A stretch of 37,370 nucleotides of DNA from contig JBMZFW010000003.1 in the NCBI GenBank assembly GCA_049615605.1, positions 1 through 37,370 on the forward strand, given 5' to 3'. The DNA comes from Alphaproteobacteria bacterium (lineage in GTDB: Bacteria > Pseudomonadota > Alphaproteobacteria > JAQWUY01). The notes under the pieces are model-generated. The model saw only the letters and a program-made list of their open reading frames with translations, had not been told where the DNA came from and did not search any database. The position numbers and the translations under genes are program-made. Below, one piece after another: positions 9,220-19,753 of this stretch. Position 1 is the first letter of the stretch, and each line of letters starts with the position of its first letter.

Positions 9220-10491
9220 ATGACAATTGATTTATACAAAGATAAAAATGTAGCTGTATTTGGACTTGGGGTTTCAGGTCTTGGTGTGGCAAAGTTTTTA
9301 AAATCAAATGGTGCGAATGTTTTTGTTTGGGATAACAACCAAGATGCAGTTGCAGATTCAGGCTTCACCCCGTGCGATTTAAACAGCGCCGACTTAACAC
9401 AGTTTGATTTTATTGTCGCTTCACCAGGGATAAGCAACGACAATCCAATTTGTCAAAATGCAATTAAAAATAAAGTTCCTTTGGTTGGCGAAGTTCAATT
9501 ATTATTTCAAAGTCAAAGCGAAGCCACATATATTGGCATAACAGGTACAAATGGTAAATCAACAACCACTGCATTAATTTCACATATTCTTAATTCGGCG
9601 GGAATTAAAAATGAAACTGGGGGCAACTTTGGTATCCCTGCAACCGCACTTAATAAACTTGGTAAAGGTGAAGTATATATTCTTGAAATGTCATCATATA
9701 TGTTGGAACGCGTTCCCGATGTAAAATTTGATATCGCCGTATTTTTAAACATTACGGAAGACCACCTGCAATGGCATAACACAATGGAAAATTATTACAA
9801 TGCAAAGGCAAAAATATTTAATAATATGACTGCCAATGATACGGCAATAATTTGTAATGACGATGAATATGGAAAAAAATTAACAAACCAAATTACCACA
9901 CCAAACAAAGTTATCGTTTCAAAGAATGATATTAACAAAGATTACAAATACCTTAACGGCGAACATAACAAACAAAATATTGCTTGTGTAATTGCTGTAT
10001 GTAAATCACTTGGTATTGATGAAAAAATAATTGAAGACAGTCTTAATTCATTTACCGGTCTTACCCACCGCCAACAATTTGTTGATAAAATTAACAATAC
10101 TACATTCATTAATGACAGCAAGGCAACCAATACCGTATCAGCACAAAAAGCCTTATCCGCATATAACAATATTTATTGGATTGCAGGCGGTGAAAAAAAA
10201 TCTGACGATTATTCAGATTTAGATAAGTGTATTAACAATATCAAAAAAGCATTCTTAATTGGTAAAGACGCCGATTCAATTGCAAAATACTTGGATACAA
10301 AAAACATCCCTTATGAAATAAATCAAACACTTGAAAAAGCGGTGCAATCTGCATATAAAGAAAGTACAAGTAATACAGATGATAACATTGTTTTATTATC
10401 CCCTGCTTGTGCATCGTTTGACCAATTTAAAAGCTTTGAAGCCCGCGGGGACAAGTTCATACAAATAATTAAGGAAATAAACAATGGTTAA
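9220..10491 (+). CDS. murD: UDP-MurNAc-L-Ala:D-Glu ligase MurD
   Basis: GLGVSG, ITGTNGKSTT, EMSSY, NDSKATN, LSPACASFDQF. Confidence 0.96.
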   Translation: MTIDLYKDKNVAVFGLGVSGLGVAKFLKSNGANVFVWDNNQDAVADSGFTPCDLNSADLTQFDFIVASPGISNDNPICQNAIKNKVPLVGEVQLLFQSQSEATYIGITGTNGKSTTTALISHILNSAGIKNETGGNFGIPATALNKLGKGEVYILEMSSYMLERVPDVKFDIAVFLNITEDHLQWHNTMENYYNAKAKIFNNMTANDTAIICNDDEYGKKLTNQITTPNKVIVSKNDINKDYKYLNGEHNKQNIACVIAVCKSLGIDEKIIEDSLNSFTGLTHRQQFVDKINNTTFINDSKATNTVSAQKALSAYNNIYWIAGGEKKSDDYSDLDKCINNIKKAFLIGKDADSIAKYLDTKNIPYEINQTLEKAVQSAYKESTSNTDDNIVLLSPACASFDQFKSFEARGDKFIQIIKEINNG

Positions 10492-11599
10492 TCTTTTATC
10501 AAGGACTGATGATTCATTACTAGCCCGCTGGTGGTGGAGCATTGATAAAAAATTATTCAAATGGTTGTTCTTTTTATCAATCGTTGGATTGATTATCAGC
10601 ATATCCGCACCAAATTACAATGGTGAAAAAGGCGGTTCAATCGCTATGTCATTCAGCTTAAAGTACTTAGTCTTTATGATGGTTGGGTTTAGCGTATTTA
10701 TTTTTACATCTATGTTAAATGTACAATGGATAAAACGGTTAAGCTTAATTGGTATCGTTGCATTGATAATAACCTTAATTTTAATTCAATTTATTGGTAT
10801 TGAAAAGAAAGGGGCAATCCGTTGGATTTCAATATTTGGTTTCAGCTTGCAACCAACCGAATTTGTAAAGCCAGTCTTTGCTGTATTTTCCGCAATGCTG
10901 TTTACCGCACAATATAAATACAAAGATATCCCCGGTGCGGGATTATCGTTCCTGTTATTCTTAACATTTGCGGTGTTGTTCTTTATTCAACCTGATATGG
11001 GACAGTTATTCTTATTATTTGGTATATGGGCATCACAATTATTTGTGGTTGGCTTAACATTCTTTGGCTTTGCGTTATTATTAGGCAGTGGCGTTGTCGG
11101 TGCAATATTGGCATACCTGTTTATGCCCCACTTCCACGATCGTGTTAATAAATGGATTATGCCATCAGAAAATGATACTTACCAAGTTGACAAATCATTG
11201 CAATCATTCGCCGATGGTGGTTGGATAAACTTTTCTTTTGGCAGTGGTACAAACAAATATAAAATTCCAGATGCAAATACAGATTTCGTATTTGCCGTAA
11301 TTGGTGAAGAAGGCGGTGTATTCTTTTGTATATTATTCCTGTTCTTATTAATTCATATTATTAATTTAATGATACGACAGGCAAAGAAACAAGAAGACTT
11401 ATTCATTACCCTATCAGTTGTTGCAATTACCGTTCAATTTGCAATGCAATCAGCAATTAATATTAGTTCAACTATCGGTCTTATTCCAGCAAAGGGAATG
11501 ACATTACCACTGGTTTCGGCGGGTGGTTCGTCTTATCTTGCAATGTGTTTAGGGCTTGGCATTATAATCGCATTAACCCGTAAGCAGAAAATAGTATGA
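10484..11599 (+). CDS. ftsW: SEDS peptidoglycan polymerase FtsW
   Basis: WWWSID, GAIRW, QPTEFVK, QPDMG, TDFVFAVIGEE, PAKGMTLPLVSAGGSS. Confidence 0.95.
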   Translation: MVNLLSRTDDSLLARWWWSIDKKLFKWLFFLSIVGLIISISAPNYNGEKGGSIAMSFSLKYLVFMMVGFSVFIFTSMLNVQWIKRLSLIGIVALIITLILIQFIGIEKKGAIRWISIFGFSLQPTEFVKPVFAVFSAMLFTAQYKYKDIPGAGLSFLLFLTFAVLFFIQPDMGQLFLLFGIWASQLFVVGLTFFGFALLLGSGVVGAILAYLFMPHFHDRVNKWIMPSENDTYQVDKSLQSFADGGWINFSFGSGTNKYKIPDANTDFVFAVIGEEGGVFFCILFLFLLIHIINLMIRQAKKQEDLFITLSVVAITVQFAMQSAINISSTIGLIPAKGMTLPLVSAGGSSYLAMCLGLGIIIALTRKQKIV

Positions 11600-12648
11600 T
11601 GAAAATTGTTATTACCACAGGTGGCACAGGCGGTCACATATTCCCAGCGGTTGCAACGGCAAAATGTTTATTAAAAAATAAATGTGAAGTGTCATTATTA
11701 ACAGACGCACGCGGAACAAAATGGTCGGATAAAAAAATACCATTATATAATGTTCCATCGGCAAAAGTATTGGGGCGTGGTATTATTGGTAAATTAAGTG
11801 CAGGATTTAAAATTCTTGGCGGGGTATTTGTTGCCATTAAACACCTTAATAAAATCAAACCAGACGGGATTGTTGGTTTTGGTGGTTATGCAAGCTTCCC
11901 TGTTGTTTTAGCGGGACGCATACTTGGTATTCCAATCATCTTACACGAACAAAACGCTTATGCTGGTTCCGCCAATCGTGTATTATCAAGGTTTGCAAAA
12001 ATTGTGGCAACCGCATTTCCAAATACAAAAGCATTAAAAGCAAAAACTGTTCATACGGGTAACCCAGTACGACAAGATATTAAAAAGTTATACAAAAACA
12101 AATACCCATCTGTTGATAAAAAGATAAACATTTTAATTACCGGCGGTTCACAAGGTGCGGAAATATTTGGCGATGTAATCCCAAAAGCCTTAACAAAGTA
12201 CAAAGATAAAATAAAAGTTGTTCAACAAGTGCGAAAAGAACAATTAACAACGGTTAAAAACTTTTATAAAAAGCATAAAATCAATGCAGATGTACGAACA
12301 TTTATTGATGATATGCCAAAGGTATTAAAACAATCACACATTGCCATTTGCCGAAGCGGTGCTGGTTCTGTTATGGAAAATGCCTGTGTTGGATTGCCTG
12401 CTATTTATGTGCCATATAAATATTCCGCAAACAATCACCAATATTATAATGCAAAATCTATTGCCGATGTGGGTGGTGGGATAATAATTAACCAAGACGA
12501 CTTTACAGAAGAATCTTTGCAAAAAGCAATAGATTCAATTATAATCAAAAATAAGTTAAACAAGATGTCTGTTTCCGCAAAATCTTTTGCAATTTATGAT
12601 GCGGATGAAAGATTGGCTAAAACTATTTTAAAGGTTATAAAAAAATAA
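11596..12648 (+). CDS. murG: Lipid II GlcNAc transferase MurG
   Basis: GGTGGH, GFGGY, HEQN, GNPVR, GGSQGA, RSGA; ATGA overlap with ftsW. Confidence 0.96.
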   Translation: MMKIVITTGGTGGHIFPAVATAKCLLKNKCEVSLLTDARGTKWSDKKIPLYNVPSAKVLGRGIIGKLSAGFKILGGVFVAIKHLNKIKPDGIVGFGGYASFPVVLAGRILGIPIILHEQNAYAGSANRVLSRFAKIVATAFPNTKALKAKTVHTGNPVRQDIKKLYKNKYPSVDKKINILITGGSQGAEIFGDVIPKALTKYKDKIKVVQQVRKEQLTTVKNFYKKHKINADVRTFIDDMPKVLKQSHIAICRSGAGSVMENACVGLPAIYVPYKYSANNHQYYNAKSIADVGGGIIINQDDFTEESLQKAIDSIIIKNKLNKMSVSAKSFAIYDADERLAKTILKVIKK

Positions 12649-12649
12649 A

Positions 12650-14041
12650 ATGAAACCACAACCAATTACAATGCAAATGCCAGTTGATATCGGAAAAATC
12701 CACTTTGTTGGGGTTGGCGGTATTGGTATGAGCGGGATTGCTGAAATCCTTGTGAACCTTGGCTATGAAATTTCTGGTTCTGATATAAATGAATCTGACA
12801 CAACAAAACGACTTGCTGATAAAGGTGTGAAAATCTTTATCGGACAAAAATCTGAAAATGTTATCGGGGCAAATGCGGTGGTTGTATCAACAGCTATTAA
12901 ACCAGATAACCCTGAATATGTATCGGCAAAGAAAAATAATATTCCAATCGTACATCGTTCGGAAATGTTGGCAGAAGTCATGCGACTTCGCCTGTCTATT
13001 GCCATTGCGGGAACGCACGGTAAAACCACAACAACAACTTTGGTTGCCCACGCTTTAAGCGAAGCCGATATGCAACCAACCGTTATTAATGGCGGTATAA
13101 TTAACAAATTCGGTTCAAATGCAAAATTGGGCGAAGGCAAATGGCTTGTTGCCGAAGCTGATGAATCAGATGGTTCATTCACAAGACTTCCAGCCACAAT
13201 TGCGGTCGTTTCAAACATTGATGCGGAACACTTGGATTTTTATGGTGATTTTGATGCGGTAAAAGAAGCCTTTTACAGATTTGTTGAAAACATTCCATTT
13301 TATGGGGTTGCTATTTTATGTACGGATAATGAAGAAGTCAAAAAACTTCGCCTGCAAATTGATAATCGCCGTATTGTAACATATGGTTTTAATAACCAAG
13401 CAGATGTTCGTGCCGAAAATGTCCGTTCAGATGAAAACGGAACAACATTTGATGTTGTTTTAAAAGACGAAACAATAAAAGATATCTTTATCCCAATTCA
13501 TGGGGAACACAATATTCAAAACACACTTGCATCAATTGCTGTTGCGTTGGAAGTTGGTGTTGAAACCAAAAAAATTCAAAAACTTTATGAAAAATTCAAT
13601 GGCGTAAAACGCAGGTTCACCAACACTGGCACACTTAATGGTGCACGTGTGATTGATGATTATGCACACCACCCTGTTGAAATCAAAGCAACATTACAAG
13701 CAGGCAGAAGCGGTACAACGGGTAAAGTTCACGCAATTATGCAACCACACCGTTATACAAGATTACAAAGTCTGTTTGATGATTTTGCAACTTGCTTTGA
13801 CGATGCGGATAATGTTCATATTATTCCTGTATATTCAGCTAATGAAGATGAAATTGACGGAATAAACAGTAAATCATTAACAGAAAACATTATTACATCG
13901 GGACACAGCAATGCGTCTTTCTGTGACAGTTTTGATAAATTAAAATCTGTACTTTCTAAATCTGTTGATAAAGATGACATTGTTATCTTTATGGGTGCGG
14001 GCGACATTACAAAATGGGCGTATCAGATTACCGATGATTGA
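12650..14041 (+). CDS. murC: UDP-MurNAc:L-Ala ligase MurC
   Basis: GVGGIGMSG, AGTHGKTTTT, EADESDGSF, DDYAHHP, QPHRYTR. Confidence 0.97.
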   Translation: MKPQPITMQMPVDIGKIHFVGVGGIGMSGIAEILVNLGYEISGSDINESDTTKRLADKGVKIFIGQKSENVIGANAVVVSTAIKPDNPEYVSAKKNNIPIVHRSEMLAEVMRLRLSIAIAGTHGKTTTTTLVAHALSEADMQPTVINGGIINKFGSNAKLGEGKWLVAEADESDGSFTRLPATIAVVSNIDAEHLDFYGDFDAVKEAFYRFVENIPFYGVAILCTDNEEVKKLRLQIDNRRIVTYGFNNQADVRAENVRSDENGTTFDVVLKDETIKDIFIPIHGEHNIQNTLASIAVALEVGVETKKIQKLYEKFNGVKRRFTNTGTLNGARVIDDYAHHPVEIKATLQAGRSGTTGKVHAIMQPHRYTRLQSLFDDFATCFDDADNVHIIPVYSANEDEIDGINSKSLTENIITSGHSNASFCDSFDKLKSVLSKSVDKDDIVIFMGAGDITKWAYQITDD

Positions 14042-14915
14042 TAGATTACCCCCTGTAAAAGGTGATATAAAAGTTTTAGAGCTATCAAAACTAACTTGGT
14101 TCCGCGTTGGTGGCAAGGCAACGGTATTTACCCCTGTTGATGAAGACGACTTACAAAACTTTTTACAAAACAAACCAAACGATATTGAAATATACCCATT
14201 GGGTCTTGGTTCAAATGTATTAATCCGTGACGGTGGATTTAATGGTGTTATTATTCGCACCAATAAACTTTCTGAACTGTCAATTAATGGAACTGAAATT
14301 ACAACTGGCACGGGTAATGCGGATTTAAAGGTGTCAAAGTTTGCGTTGGCAAATTCAATTACTGGTTTTGAATTCTTATCTGGAATACCTGGGGCAATTG
14401 GCGGTGCATTGGCAATGAATGCGGGTGCGTATGAAAATGACATTAACAACATATTCGTATCAGCCGAAGGTTTTGATTATAACGGCAACAAAGTAAGCCT
14501 TAGCAAAGATGACATGAACTTTTCATATCGCCACTGTGATATGGCGGGGAAAATTATTTTCACCAAAGCAACCTTTAAGGGTGAAATTGGAAATGAAAAT
14601 GAAATATCAAATAAAATGGAACAAATAAATAAATCCCGCAATGACAGCCAACCTGTTAAGTCACGAACTGGCGGTTCAACATTCCGCAACCCAGATGACA
14701 ATAAAGCATGGGAATTAATTGACCGTGTTGGTTTGCGTGGCAAGGTAATCGGCGGTGCTATGATTTCTGATAAACATTGTAATTTCTTAATTAATAATGG
14801 CGATGCAACAGCAAACGATTTAGAAAGCCTTGGCGATTTAGCAAAAGATACTGTAAAATCAGAAACAGGAATTGATTTACATTGGGAAATTAAAAGGATT
14901 GGCGAATATGAATAA
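14034..14915 (+). CDS. murB: UDP-GlcNAc-enolpyruvate reductase MurB
   Basis: TWFRVGG, GLGSNVL, GIPGAIGG-MNAGAY, GGSTFRNP, KHCNFLIN. Start moved to ATG 14034. Confidence 0.95.
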   Translation: MIDRLPPVKGDIKVLELSKLTWFRVGGKATVFTPVDEDDLQNFLQNKPNDIEIYPLGLGSNVLIRDGGFNGVIIRTNKLSELSINGTEITTGTGNADLKVSKFALANSITGFEFLSGIPGAIGGALAMNAGAYENDINNIFVSAEGFDYNGNKVSLSKDDMNFSYRHCDMAGKIIFTKATFKGEIGNENEISNKMEQINKSRNDSQPVKSRTGGSTFRNPDDNKAWELIDRVGLRGKVIGGAMISDKHCNFLINNGDATANDLESLGDLAKDTVKSETGIDLHWEIKRIGEYE

Positions 14916-15810
14916 AAAAGTCGCTGTATTAATGGGTGGTATTTCAAATGAAAGGGAAGTAAGCCTTAATTCGGGCAAAGCTTGCCTTAACGCATTAATT
15001 GAATATGGATATGACGCAACCGCAGTTGACATTACAACTGATGACTTTGATACGATTAAATCACAACTTAACGGATATGATGTTGCCTTTAACGCCCTGC
15101 ACGGCATTTTTGGTGAAGACGGTGGCATTCAAAGTATACTTAACAAATTAAATATACCTTATACTCACAGTGGATATGAAACTTCAAAATTGGCAATGGA
15201 TAAGCCGGCAACAATTGAACTTTATAAAAAGAATGACATTCCCGTTGCGGATAATATTATTTTAAGCCCTGCTGAATTTTCATATGACAAAATTCCATTT
15301 GATAAACCTTATGTAATCAAACCAGCCCGTGAAGGAAGCAGTGTCGGTCTGTACATAATATTTGATGACACTGATTTACCAGATTTATCAAATTGGGACT
15401 TTGGCGACATAATGGTTGAAAAATATGTTGCTGGATTGGAATTAACCGTATCGGTTATTGATGATAAGGCATTAAATGTTACCGAATTAAAACCATTAAG
15501 CGGTATTTACGATTATGATTCAAAATATGTTGATGGAAAAACCGAACATATATGCCCTGCTCAAATTGATGAAAGCTTAAAACAGCAATTGTTTGATATT
15601 GCAATTAAGTGTCACAAATCATTAAAATGTCGCGGTATAAGTCGCACTGACTTCCGCTTTGACCCTGAAAATAACATACTTGCAACACTTGAAACAAACA
15701 CGCAACCAGGTATGACAGATTTATCCCTTGTACCAGAACAAGCAAAAAGTATTGGAATTGATTTGCCAAATTTGGTAAATATATTAATAGAGAATGCAAA
15801 AATAGATTAA
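14908..15810 (+). CDS. ddl: D-alanine--D-alanine ligase
   Basis: GGISNEREVSL, LHGIFGEDG, EGSSVG, YDYDSKY, ETNTQPGMT. Start moved to ATG 14908. Confidence 0.95.
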   Translation: MNKKVAVLMGGISNEREVSLNSGKACLNALIEYGYDATAVDITTDDFDTIKSQLNGYDVAFNALHGIFGEDGGIQSILNKLNIPYTHSGYETSKLAMDKPATIELYKKNDIPVADNIILSPAEFSYDKIPFDKPYVIKPAREGSSVGLYIIFDDTDLPDLSNWDFGDIMVEKYVAGLELTVSVIDDKALNVTELKPLSGIYDYDSKYVDGKTEHICPAQIDESLKQQLFDIAIKCHKSLKCRGISRTDFRFDPENNILATLETNTQPGMTDLSLVPEQAKSIGIDLPNLVNILIENAKID

Positions 15811-15834
15811 CAATTATTAATTGATAGTAGAATA

Positions 15835-16599
15835 ATGGCAAAAATAAAACAAAATCAGTTTAATACTGCACTTTATAAAAAGATAATTCTTTTTGTTGTC
15901 TTTGTCGTATTGCTATTTGCATTTACCAACAAAAGCACAAGTGAAAAAATAAGCAATGCTTTCCACAGCACAATGGTTAACAATGGCTTTGCCGTAAAAG
16001 ATGTTATTCTGTACGGTCGCAAGAATTCTTATAAAGATGAAATATTAAAACAAACAAATATTGAATACGGGCAATCTATATTTTCAATTGATGTAAATGA
16101 AATCAAACAAAACATTGAAAAAATAAGCTGGATTAAAAGCGTTTCTGTTGAACGCCAATTCCCAAACCGAATTAATATTAAGATTAAAGAACGCAAACCT
16201 ATTGCAATCTGGCAACTTAATAAAAAACACTATATTATTGATAAAAATGGAACAGTTATCACAGATAAAGACATAGAAAAATTTTCATATCTAAAAACTG
16301 TGGTTGGTAAAGATGCCAATAAAAAGGCTGTATCGTTCTTAAAGCTTATTGCATCTGACCCTGCAATGTCACAAATTGTGGAGGCAGGTGTATATGTTTC
16401 TAAACGAAGGTGGGATTTACTTATCCTTGATAAGGTTACGGTTAAATTACCAGCCTATGACGCAAAAAATGCTTGGCTTGTTCTTGGTAAATATGCCAGA
16501 GAGAAAAACCTTCTTGCACGACCAATAAGTGTTATTGATATGCGTGTACCAAAAAAGATCTTCATTAAAATGAAGAAAAAAAGTAAAAAGAAAATTTAA
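15835..16599 (+). CDS. ftsQ: Cell division protein FtsQ
   Basis: N-terminal TM, POTRA domain (WIKSVSVERQFP..ERKPIAIWQ), RRWDL, IDMR; located between ddl and ftsA. Confidence 0.9.
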   Translation: MAKIKQNQFNTALYKKIILFVVFVVLLFAFTNKSTSEKISNAFHSTMVNNGFAVKDVILYGRKNSYKDEILKQTNIEYGQSIFSIDVNEIKQNIEKISWIKSVSVERQFPNRINIKIKERKPIAIWQLNKKHYIIDKNGTVITDKDIEKFSYLKTVVGKDANKKAVSFLKLIASDPAMSQIVEAGVYVSKRRWDLLILDKVTVKLPAYDAKNAWLVLGKYAREKNLLARPISVIDMRVPKKIFIKMKKKSKKKI

Positions 16600-16610
16600 G
16601 GGTATTTTAA

Positions 16611-17834
16611 ATGGCTTTTACAAAAACAATCACCGCCCTTGATGTGGGAACATATAAAATCACTTGTATAACGGGTGAAGTTGGTTCAAACGGTACTGTA
16701 AAAATTAATAAAGTTGCAACCGTTGCTTCACAAGGTATGTCAGGTGGTATGATTAATGACATAGCAAAAGCAAAAAAATCAATTACATCGTGTATTGATG
16801 CCATTGAAAAGAAACAAGGTTTCCGTGTAAAAGATTTACACCTAACAATATCTGGGTTACAACCGAATTGCCATTCAGTAAAAGAAACTGTTAAAGTTGG
16901 TGGAAAACGCGTATCAAATAACGATGTAAACAGATTACTTAAATTATGTAAGTCAAAAGTCCACGATACGGACACCCCATTATTACACGCAACACCACTT
17001 TCATATTTTGTTGATGGACACCCAACGGACAACCCTGTTGGTTTAATTGGCAAAGAATTATCAATTAAAATCACATTGACAACTTGTGATGCATATTCAA
17101 TTAAGAACATTAAAAGCTTGCTTGAACATTGTGATATTAATGTAAAAGAAATTGCCTTTGATGGTTATATGGCGGCAATCGGTTGCCTTGATAAAGAAGA
17201 AAAAGATTTATTCACCGCTGTTATTAATATCGGCAGTGAAACAACATCTGTTTCAATAATGTATAAAGGTAAATTTGTTGCTTGTTCCAGTTTCAATATT
17301 TCTGGTGATAATATTACCAATGATATTTTATCAACAACTGCCACTTCAAAGATGGAAGCAGAACAAATTAAAATTAAACATGCCCACGCCGTATTAAGCA
17401 ATTCAATTGCCATTCAAAATCCAATTGAATTTCATCGTGCGGGTGAAAAAAATACTGTACCTAGTACAATTAACACTTCTACAATTACGGAAATTGTCCA
17501 ACGCAGGCTGGAAGAAATATTTGATAAATGTAAGCAAGCACCATACTTTGCAAATGCAGACAGAATTATCTTAACTGGCGGTTCAGCAAAGATTGAAAAT
17601 ATTGCTGAACTTTGTCGTTTGTATTTAAAGAAACCATCGCGAATTGGCACACCAAATAATGTGATTAATTTACCAAGTGATTATAACAATTCAATGTATA
17701 CAACAACGGTTGGTTTATTACGCCACAGTGGTCTAAACAGACCAACAGAAGAAAGCGAACTTGTTGACAAAGAAACCCTGCAAGAAGGCAGTCTTATCAC
17801 AAGATTGATTAATTGGGTTAAGACAGAGCTTTAA
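16611..17834 (+). CDS. ftsA: Cell division protein FtsA (divergent)
   Basis: ALDVGTYKI, AEQIK, ILTGGSA, RIGTP, C-terminal amphipathic RLINWVKTEL; position before ftsZ. Confidence 0.9.
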   Translation: MAFTKTITALDVGTYKITCITGEVGSNGTVKINKVATVASQGMSGGMINDIAKAKKSITSCIDAIEKKQGFRVKDLHLTISGLQPNCHSVKETVKVGGKRVSNNDVNRLLKLCKSKVHDTDTPLLHATPLSYFVDGHPTDNPVGLIGKELSIKITLTTCDAYSIKNIKSLLEHCDINVKEIAFDGYMAAIGCLDKEEKDLFTAVINIGSETTSVSIMYKGKFVACSSFNISGDNITNDILSTTATSKMEAEQIKIKHAHAVLSNSIAIQNPIEFHRAGEKNTVPSTINTSTITEIVQRRLEEIFDKCKQAPYFANADRIILTGGSAKIENIAELCRLYLKKPSRIGTPNNVINLPSDYNNSMYTTTVGLLRHSGLNRPTEESELVDKETLQEGSLITRLINWVKTEL

Positions 17835-17844
17835 TAGGCAACAT

Positions 17845-17890
17845 TCTTATCCCCCCTGTATTCATAATCCCCCCTATAAACATAATCCAT
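17845..17890. repeat. Imperfect 18-bp tandem repeat (~2.5 units) with C6 tracts
   Basis: TCTTATCCCCCCTGTATT / CATAATCCCCCCTATAAA / CATAATCCAT. Confidence 0.6.
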
Positions 17891-18076
17891 AAAAATGGAT
17901 TAATATTTTTTATACTTAAAGGGGGGTTTAAAAGCCCCCTACTCTTTTCAAAAAAAGTTTTTTTTTCAGACAAAAAATCGCTAAAAACTGCGAAAAATCG
18001 TGATTTTAAGCATCATATATATTGTGCTTCGGGGGGCTTTTTAATACTATATATATGAATTTTTTAACATTTTTGC

Positions 18077-18105
18077 TTGTTTTTATGTTTTTAAAAGTAT
18101 ATCAT
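18077..18105 (+). promoter_or_regulatory. Candidate ftsZ promoter
   Basis: TTGTTT-N17-TATCAT, 45 nt upstream of the ftsZ ATG. Confidence 0.4.
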
Positions 18106-18150
18106 TAATATAAATATATATTTTAACATTAATTTTTAAGGGCTTTTAAC

Positions 18151-19734
18151 ATGTTAGATATCACTACTTCAGATGTAACGAAGAAAAATACTCCAAGAAT
18201 CGTTGTGATTGGTGCGGGCGGTGCCGGTGGCAATGCAATCAATAATATGATTACAGAACACTTACAAGGCTGTGAATTCGTTGTTTGTAATACGGACGCA
18301 CAAGCATTGGAACATTCCCTAGCGGATAAAAAATTCCAAATCGGTGAAGAAGTTACCGGTGGTTTAGGTGCAGGTGCGAACCCAGAAGTTGGTCGTATGT
18401 CTGCCGAAGAAAACATTGAAGAAATCTCTAATTACATTGACGGTGCCAACATGGTATTTATTGCCAATGGTATGGGTGGTGGTACTGGTACTGGTTCTGC
18501 CCCTGTTATTGCCCGTGCAGCACGTGAAAAAGGCATATTAACAATTGGCGTTGTAACAAAGCCTTTTGGTTTTGAAGGTACTGTTCGTATGCGTCAAGCA
18601 AACGAAGGTATTGAAGAATTACAAAAGTATGTTGATACATTAATTGTTATTCCAAACGAAAACTTACACGCAGAAGTTTCTGAGACAACTTCACTTGAAG
18701 ACGCATTCAAAAAAATTGACCGTGTATTATTACTTGCGGTTCAAGGCGTGACTGATTTAATGGTTAAACCTGGTAAAATCAACCTTGACTTTAATGACAT
18801 CAGAACTGTTATGCTTGAAAAAGGCAAAGCAATGATGGGTGTTGGTGAAGCATCAAGGGCAGAACAAGGTAGCGAAGCATCTATTAATGCGGCGGAACTT
18901 GCAATTCACAACCGTTTACTTGATAACGATAATATGCGTGGTGCTAAATCGGTTATTATTAACTTCACTGCATCAAAAGACTTATCATTAAACGAAGTTT
19001 CTGTTGCGGTTAACCGTGTTCGTGAAGAAATTGATCCAGATGCTGGTATCTTCTTTGGTCAAACAATTGATGAAAGCATGGGCGATGTAATTCGTATATC
19101 TATCGTTGCAACTGGTATTGATGTGAATGCTGATACTATTACAGCACCAAATTTTGACACAGAAACGAAAAACCACGATGCAATTTGGCAAGATGCTGGT
19201 TCTGAAACAACTGAAACTGATGACTTCCTAGCATCTGTATACAATGTTAACGAAGATACACCATCTGAACCTGAAATGGTTGAAGAAACTGTATCATCGG
19301 AAGAATTCGTATCTGAAGCTAATATTGAAACTTCTGCACCTGAAATCGCAGAAGAAGCAACTGTTGAATCAATGACGGAAGAAGTATCTGCTGAACCTTC
19401 TTTACCACAAAGTGAAGAAGAATACAGCTCAATCGACCCATTCATTGAAGCGGATATGGCAAATGCAACACGCGAAGGTGGTGCAGTTGAAACAGCCGAA
19501 GAAGAAACAGCTGAAGAAAAAGTTGGTTTCTTTAAGAAAATCTTTGGCAGTATTAAAGCAAATGACGAAACTGTAAGAACAGAACCTATCTTGGAAGATG
19601 CGGAAGAAGAAACTACATCTACTTCATCTGCACCTGCAACTGCGGTTACATCTGATGGCAGATTAGCCCTTGAACAAACTCAAGAAGAAGAAGATATGGA
19701 AATCCCATCGTTCTTAAGAAAACAGTTAAACTAA
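18151..19734 (+). CDS. ftsZ: Cell division GTPase FtsZ with a long acidic linker
   Basis: [36 protein letters not shown]; C-terminal core peptide EIPSFLRKQ. Confidence 0.98.
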   Translation: MLDITTSDVTKKNTPRIVVIGAGGAGGNAINNMITEHLQGCEFVVCNTDAQALEHSLADKKFQIGEEVTGGLGAGANPEVGRMSAEENIEEISNYIDGANMVFIANGMGGGTGTGSAPVIARAAREKGILTIGVVTKPFGFEGTVRMRQANEGIEELQKYVDTLIVIPNENLHAEVSETTSLEDAFKKIDRVLLLAVQGVTDLMVKPGKINLDFNDIRTVMLEKGKAMMGVGEASRAEQGSEASINAAELAIHNRLLDNDNMRGAKSVIINFTASKDLSLNEVSVAVNRVREEIDPDAGIFFGQTIDESMGDVIRISIVATGIDVNADTITAPNFDTETKNHDAIWQDAGSETTETDDFLASVYNVNEDTPSEPEMVEETVSSEEFVSEANIETSAPEIAEEATVESMTEEVSAEPSLPQSEEEYSSIDPFIEADMANATREGGAVETAEEETAEEKVGFFKKIFGSIKANDETVRTEPILEDAEEETTSTSSAPATAVTSDGRLALEQTQEEEDMEIPSFLRKQLN

Positions 19735-19753
19735 TTTGTGATTGTGTTTTCAT

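Noticed and set aside
18121-18152. CtrA boxes upstream of ftsZ (also 15807-15820 before ftsQ)
   Set aside because: TTAA pairs are spaced N6 or otherwise off the N7 consensus, and TTAA is very frequent in this AT-rich DNA.
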